From assembly GCA_964458775.1 (NCBI GenBank), contig CAYWLQ010000004.1, positions 15,526 through 79,525 on the forward strand: a stretch of 64,000 bases of DNA. Direction: 5' to 3'. The notes beneath the pieces were generated by a model. It had not been told where the DNA came from, did not search any database, and saw nothing but the letters and a program-made list of their open reading frames with translations. Each line of letters begins with the position of its first letter. Position 1 is the first letter of the stretch. The stretch is from an uncultured Myxococcales bacterium (lineage in GTDB: Bacteria; Myxococcota_A; Polyangia; JAAYKL01). A program made the translations under genes and the position numbers. Shown here piece by piece: positions 58,945 to 64,000 of this stretch.

Positions 58945-59640
58945 CTATCCTTCCGACTTCTTTTTGGTTCTAAATTCTGCCAGGCTTGCAAGACCGGCAT
59001 CGTTTTCTGCTTCTTCCATATCTTTTTTTGCCGATATTCCTACATCCACTGCAAAATCCACAAGTTCACGCTGTAGAATCCGGCGACCCCTGTGAAGTCT
59101 GGACATTACTGTGCCGATAGGACAACCAATAATATCAGCAACTTCCTTGTATGAAAAACCCTGAATATCTGCCAAAACGATAACAGTTTTAAAATCATCA
59201 GGTAGAATATCGAGAGCTCGGTCCATCTCCTGCTTTAAAAAGGCATTAAAGATATGTGTTTCGGGATTTGCTGCATAGGCTCGCGATTCGGAATCTAATA
59301 CTTGATCATAAATTGATTCAGTTGCAGCACGTTCAATGTATTTTCGTTCATGTCCTCTATGTCGATAATCATTTATAAACGTATTTGACTGAATTCTAAA
59401 CAACCATGCCTTAAGATTGGTTCCCCACTCAAATTTATGAGCAAACCTAAATGCTTTGAGATAGGTATCTTGCACAAGTTCTTCAGCATCAGCATTTGAT
59501 CTAGTCAATTTCACAGCTGATGCGTAAAGAGCATCTAGATGCGCCAGACATGCCTCTTCAAATTCGCGTTTGGCTTTATTTTTATTTTTGTTAAACACCA
59601 AACTTACCTTTCTTCTGTGTGCGATAACAACGATGTTCAA
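58945..59640 (-). CDS. RNA polymerase ECF-type sigma factor
   Basis: Region 2 'ELVQDTYLKAFRF...WLFRIQSNTFINDYR'. Region 4 'GFSYKEVADIIGCPIGTVMSRLHRGR'. Confidence 0.75.
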   Translation of the reverse strand: MNIVVIAHRRKVSLVFNKNKNKAKREFEEACLAHLDALYASAVKLTRSNADAEELVQDTYLKAFRFAHKFEWGTNLKAWLFRIQSNTFINDYRHRGHERKYIERAATESIYDQVLDSESRAYAANPETHIFNAFLKQEMDRALDILPDDFKTVIVLADIQGFSYKEVADIIGCPIGTVMSRLHRGRRILQRELVDFAVDVGISAKKDMEEAENDAGLASLAEFRTKKKSEG

Positions 59641-59819
59641 ATGATTATTCCCGATATTTTGGCAGGATTTTGTTGAAAAATGCTTTTTTTATTTCAGCAC
59701 TCTTTGTAGACAAACTTTTGCGACATTGTAAATAAAGATATTACGAAACGAAAAACAGCTCTGTTTTTATAATAATAGTGTCATATAATGATTAGCTTAA
59801 GGCTGAAGGGATAGTGACT

Positions 59820-61142
59820 ATGAACAAACAAGACTCGGAAAACCAGGCAATTCTCAAGAGGCAAACAACTTTTCTCAAGACAATTGATCAGAAACTGGAG
59901 GGTTTGCGGAGAGAAAACGAACGATTAATGCGTCTGGCTTCAAATCCGCGAGTTGTTTTCAGCCGGAGCTCTCTTGCCGGATTGTATCGCATAGTCAATA
60001 GTCTTTTAAGCGCCGGACCTATGTACGGTCTTCTTTCAATTGAACAATGGGCAAAACAAACAAGGGATTGGCTTGTCGTATTGGGAAAACGAGGAGCAGG
60101 ACTGAAAGAAGAAGAACTCAATCTATTGCAGGATGCAATAAATGATCTGGCAAAGCTGCGGGATGAAGCACTTGCGGACATCTCATCCAAGCTTCAAGAC
60201 GTTGAGCCGACTTTCATTACTGACGAAGCTGTTGATAACAATCTTGGCACCGATATCAATATTGAACCTGCCTTAGAAGAAAATAGAACAGAGAAACTTG
60301 ATGTCTTGATCGAAGTTGAAGAGAACGGTTTGGAGATAACAACTTCAGAAAACAAGGATAATCAATTACCGTTTCAAGATGAACCCAAAGCTCAATCAAT
60401 AAAAGAGGCAAACCAAAAAAATGCAGCTTCTCTTTCTAAAAGTAGAAAAGTAAAACACAAGATAAACAAAGATACACATTTTAGAGATCGAACGAGTACA
60501 ATCCCCCTTGCCATTGATGACCTGGCTATTATAAATGCAGCATCAAAAGCGCCGTCTCCTTTACACACAGAAAAAAAACCGACTTTTTGGAAAGTATTAG
60601 CGTTATTTTCAACTATGGGATTTGTAGTTGTGACAGGGTTATATTTACTGCGTCCCCCTTGCCAAAGCACACCCTGTTCTACAACACCATTTGAACCTCA
60701 ACCTTGTACATCAGTAGTCCCTACAAGCGTAATACAGCCTTCGTCATCATCTGAAGAAAATACCAAAAATATTGAAGAAGATAAAAAGACAGTCAGCGGC
60801 GTCGAAAATACTGATGCTGTTGCAAAAGAAAATTCAGATATTAATGGCGACAATAAATCTATATCAAAACCGCTGACCGGAACATCAGCATCCGTTCCTT
60901 CTCGTTCCAAACCCGGAAAAACACAGAATCCTGAAGGCGGAACCCTTATTATAAAAGCTCCCGCAGAGGGGGGTGATGTTAGTGTTTTGATTAACGGTGT
61001 TCCAAAAGGAAAAGCCCCACTGAAACTCTCTCTTTCTTCCGGATTACACGAGGTAACCTTTATCTCAGGAGGAAAACGAGCTATTAGAATGGTGCCTATA
61101 AAAAAAGAACAAACAAGAACAATGGAAGCGATTAGTCCATAA
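59820..61142 (+). CDS. PEGA-domain protein with N-terminal coiled-coil and central TM
   Basis: TM 'FWKVLALFSTMGFVVVTGLYLL'. C-terminal PEGA-like 'GTLIIKAPAEGGDVSVLINGVPKGKAPLKLSLSSGLHEVTF'. The ATG at 59820 is preferred to the GTG at 59814. Confidence 0.5.
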   Translation: MNKQDSENQAILKRQTTFLKTIDQKLEGLRRENERLMRLASNPRVVFSRSSLAGLYRIVNSLLSAGPMYGLLSIEQWAKQTRDWLVVLGKRGAGLKEEELNLLQDAINDLAKLRDEALADISSKLQDVEPTFITDEAVDNNLGTDINIEPALEENRTEKLDVLIEVEENGLEITTSENKDNQLPFQDEPKAQSIKEANQKNAASLSKSRKVKHKINKDTHFRDRTSTIPLAIDDLAIINAASKAPSPLHTEKKPTFWKVLALFSTMGFVVVTGLYLLRPPCQSTPCSTTPFEPQPCTSVVPTSVIQPSSSSEENTKNIEEDKKTVSGVENTDAVAKENSDINGDNKSISKPLTGTSASVPSRSKPGKTQNPEGGTLIIKAPAEGGDVSVLINGVPKGKAPLKLSLSSGLHEVTFISGGKRAIRMVPIKKEQTRTMEAISP

Positions 61143-61158
61143 TCGTTGATAACGGTTT

Positions 61159-63573
61159 CTACGGAGTATAATACGGCACCGTCTTTTTCATCAGAGCCAT
61201 GGCGTTTTCATCTAATCTTTCGATCGATGCCAATTTCTTATAATATGGTGTATACGAAGGGTCTATTTGCGGTACTTCCGCCAAGAACCTTAGTCCCACT
61301 CGTTCTCCGCCTCCGTGAATATTATCCACTCCTAGCCAGTAAGACATTCTTGGATCGCTGATTGATTCGTTCTTCAAGGTTCTTATAACAACCAAGGCAC
61401 GGTTCTTGAATTTTCCAGTTCGCGGCATATTTTGTTCTACCTGTACCATAAAGGTATCAAAAGCCTCTCCTGCACCGCCAGTTACCAATGCCTGTCTGGC
61501 AATTCTCTGAACAAATTTCTCTGACTCGTTTTTTTCTTCGAGATTCCACAACGCTTTAAAGCCCAATTCTGTTAGTTCAGAAGTCCATTGTCCCATTGCT
61601 CCAACTTGGCTTTCATCCATCCAAGTTCGAACAGCGCCAGGGTCTGAACTCAGCTGTTTTCTTAGAGCAAGAAACTTAAGCGCAGGGTGAGAGGATTGCT
61701 TACTTGCTGCCACAGCTTCATCTATAAGCTTTTCGGCCTGGTCTTTTTTGTTCATCATTTCCAAAGAAAAAATATGTAATGCCAAAAGTTCGGGGCGGCT
61801 ATTATTTTTTACCAAGTTTTCTGTTTTTTCCGGAAGATTCATTTCTAAATACGCCCGGGCTAAACGTTCCAGAAGAGGAACACCGTCAGGATTAAGAGCT
61901 GCGATACTATCTAAAATACGTAATCCGGCCTCATATCCGTTCATAAACCAAACAGCCAATGCTCTGTCTACTTCAAAAATAAGATTGCCGCTGCTTTGTC
62001 GACGCAGCTCTTCTGCATACTGTGCTAAAATTTCCACAGAAAGATGTTTTCGCATAAGCCTGGGTGCTAAAAGTGGTGCGCAGTCAATTCGTTCATTCTC
62101 AAATTGTCGAACAGCCCTTCCTATACTTTTGCTGTGCCATGCTCGGATTACTTGAGCGCAGGAGGGCATATTGGCTGACATTGCATCGGTCAACTTATTG
62201 ATAGTTTTGTGGTCACCTGCCGACAACAGCAGAAAATAATACTCCAATGCAGTCCATTTTTCATTTAACTCAATTGATTTCGGCATGAGCAAATCAGCCG
62301 CCTTTAAGTCTCCTTTTCTTACAGCAAGTTGCCAATCCAGAAATTTAACCTGAGGAGAAAAGACACCGGTTTTTTTTAGAGATTCAAGAGTTGTTTCCGC
62401 CGACCTTATATGATGGTGCTGAAGATAACATCTAGTGCGTAACTCCATTATTTTTGGACAATTCAAGTCAGAATGTTTATCCAACAAAGCAAGCGCGTCC
62501 ACAGGTCCGCTTTTTGTATAAACAGCGGATGCCAAATAGGACAGTATATCCGCGTTTTTCTTTTTTTCTAAAGCTGAAGACAAGTATGACACAGCTTCGT
62601 CAATACGTCCTAATGTCAATGCTCCCCTCCCCAACAAATAAAGACCGATCACGGCGGGATTAAGCGGAGATGACATGATTCTTTCTTTTAATGCGCTTAG
62701 CTGTTTATCCAATATATCAAGCTGAGCCTTAGCCGGTGCAGGTTCATTCCAATCGGGAAGTGCTGCCAACAGAACAAACATAGTTCCCAGAAAATGTGCC
62801 GGAGATAATGTCAGAAGCATCTCAGAATATTTCAACATGGCCGATTTATCATTGTCTGATGAAGCTTCCTGAACAGCCAGAACAATCAAAGGTGTGTAAG
62901 AAGAGCCCGCTGAAATAACCGAGTCAAGAAGTTCACGAGCCTTTTTTCTTTCACCCGATGCACTATAAGCTGCTGCCTTAACCAAATTCAAACGAGCATT
63001 TGTCGGTGTTGCTCCAAGGATTGATAGAGCCTCATCCGATTTTCCTTCGATGACAGAAATACCTGCGCGAACCGCAATAGAGATATCACTCTCGTCCAGC
63101 TTTAATTTTGTAACAACCTGTTTAACTTCTTCTAAAAGCGGTTTGCCCCACAAAATAGATTGCAACACCGATTGCCATGCCCATGCTCTAGCGGCCCTTT
63201 CTTCTTCCGAATACTTTTCATAAAGTGTTCTCAGAGTCTTTTCCGCAGCTTCTGTTTGCTCCAAAGTTCCGGCAGCTTCCAAAGCTTCTGCATCCTTAAC
63301 GGTATTATCTATTGTAGATGCCACTACCGCACTTCTTGTTACAAAACCGATAGTAAGTAAAAGTATCAGTACAATTCCAATGAAGAGAGGAAGTCTTACA
63401 CGCCGCCAGATTCGCTGAGATTTAGGCATTTCAAGCAATGGCATTGTTTCAGCAGTAGGCCTTCGTGATAGATTTTGTAGATTTTCAACTCTGCGAATTG
63501 CAGACGGTGTATCATCCCGTCTTTTTTTACTTTTTGCTTTTATTATCCCGTCGTCCTTGTTGTCCATATTCAC
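61159..63573 (-). CDS. TPR-repeat membrane-anchored protein
   Basis: N-terminal TM 'LPLFIGIVLILLLTIGFV', followed by about 700 aa of TPR-like helical repeats. Confidence 0.55.
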   Translation of the reverse strand: MNMDNKDDGIIKAKSKKRRDDTPSAIRRVENLQNLSRRPTAETMPLLEMPKSQRIWRRVRLPLFIGIVLILLLTIGFVTRSAVVASTIDNTVKDAEALEAAGTLEQTEAAEKTLRTLYEKYSEEERAARAWAWQSVLQSILWGKPLLEEVKQVVTKLKLDESDISIAVRAGISVIEGKSDEALSILGATPTNARLNLVKAAAYSASGERKKARELLDSVISAGSSYTPLIVLAVQEASSDNDKSAMLKYSEMLLTLSPAHFLGTMFVLLAALPDWNEPAPAKAQLDILDKQLSALKERIMSSPLNPAVIGLYLLGRGALTLGRIDEAVSYLSSALEKKKNADILSYLASAVYTKSGPVDALALLDKHSDLNCPKIMELRTRCYLQHHHIRSAETTLESLKKTGVFSPQVKFLDWQLAVRKGDLKAADLLMPKSIELNEKWTALEYYFLLLSAGDHKTINKLTDAMSANMPSCAQVIRAWHSKSIGRAVRQFENERIDCAPLLAPRLMRKHLSVEILAQYAEELRRQSSGNLIFEVDRALAVWFMNGYEAGLRILDSIAALNPDGVPLLERLARAYLEMNLPEKTENLVKNNSRPELLALHIFSLEMMNKKDQAEKLIDEAVAASKQSSHPALKFLALRKQLSSDPGAVRTWMDESQVGAMGQWTSELTELGFKALWNLEEKNESEKFVQRIARQALVTGGAGEAFDTFMVQVEQNMPRTGKFKNRALVVIRTLKNESISDPRMSYWLGVDNIHGGGERVGLRFLAEVPQIDPSYTPYYKKLASIERLDENAMALMKKTVPYYTP

Positions 63574-63922
63574 TCCCCAACTACAAAATTACTCAGACAT
63601 ATCTAATAAGCGGCACTATTTTTTACTTTTTTTACAACAATGAATATTCAATCTTCTCTATTTGTTTTCCAAGCTGCTTTTTATAATCTCTAATTTCAAT
63701 TACAAAAACTCATAGCACAACTTGGTAACATATGTACATTACTAGCTAAAATTGACCCAAAATGTGCATCCAAGTTAGTAAAACGGCTGTTCTTAAGTTC
63801 AGTACTATCAATACATTTGTAAATCTCACGTTTTGCTTTTAATGTCATATCTCAGTTTGGAAATTACAAAATTTAAGAGGAATACTAAATTAATGTCCTT
63901 TTAACGAAGAAAGCAAACTGTC

Positions 63923-64000
63923 ATGAGTAAAGATGTTACCACTACTAAAATTACAATTTTAATCGACAACAAAGGTCAGAATACACTTTTCGTTGAGCAC
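63923..64000 (+). CDS. 3' partial ORF (possible metallo-beta-lactamase-fold protein start 'MSKDVTTTKITILIDN')
   Basis: Open frame running off the window end. The RBS is weak. Confidence 0.2.
   Translation, partial: MSKDVTTTKITILIDNKGQNTLFVEH

Noticed and set aside
1-64000. tRNA, rRNA, CRISPR arrays, integrases/transposases, prophage or toxin-antitoxin modules
   Set aside because: I scanned the intergenic regions by eye. There is no cloverleaf-like GTTCRANYC T-loop context and no repeat-spacer array. No ORF has recombinase or transposase motifs.

Overview
This 64 kb window is a moderately AT-rich bacterial chromosomal segment (about 40-45% GC by eye). Genes are densely packed on both strands. 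I saw no rRNA, tRNA, CRISPR array, transposase or integrase. The gene content is typical of organisms with large signalling repertoires (Myxococcota, Bdellovibrio-like or Fibrobacter-like). It includes fused Ser/Thr kinase/sigma-54 activators, bactofilins, 'Myxococcus cysteine-rich repeat'/fibro-slime giant proteins, and ECF sigma/anti-sigma pairs.

From left to right the window holds:
- a pterin/folate operon: class V aminotransferase (5' partial), PTR1/FolM-like reductase, folB, folK, folE;
- a 1.7k-aa Ser/Thr-kinase/STAND-ATPase/TPR/GAF/sigma-54 enhancer-binding fusion, divergent from a PAS hybrid histidine kinase;
- an orphan FliH/YscL-like gene pair;
- the most interesting locus: a free-standing HMG-CoA-synthase 'beta-branching' cassette (ECH, ACP, FabZ, KAS, methyltransferase, FabG-like reductase, HMGS) next to an acyl-CoA ligase and a PlsC acyltransferase, which suggests a beta-methyl-branched lipid pathway not attached to any PKS;
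- a nucleoside deaminase and a lipoprotein;
- an ECF sigma/anti-sigma/caspase-like (C14) repeat protein operon;
- ilvC, tandem bactofilins, two outer-membrane/Cys-motif secreted proteins, htpG, PAP2, HAD, a sigma-70-family sigma factor, yggS, maf, a REC-DUF4388 protein and a PAS sigma-54 activator;
- two tandem about 1067-aa paralogous lipoprotein-like giants with Cys-rich repeats flanking a fibro-slime domain;
- an AAA+ ATPase, a SPOR protein, AraC/GyrI, a lipoprotein, two DUF4349-like secreted proteins, a multi-TM GAF histidine kinase, a second ECF sigma/ZAS anti-sigma pair, a PEGA-domain protein, a TPR protein and a 3' partial ORF.

Several conspicuous intergenic palindromes and helically phased hexamer arrays are also reported. 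Many genes appear to use TTG or GTG starts, or have better internal ATG starts than the raw ORF track. All calls rest on motif recognition by eye, with no database searches.
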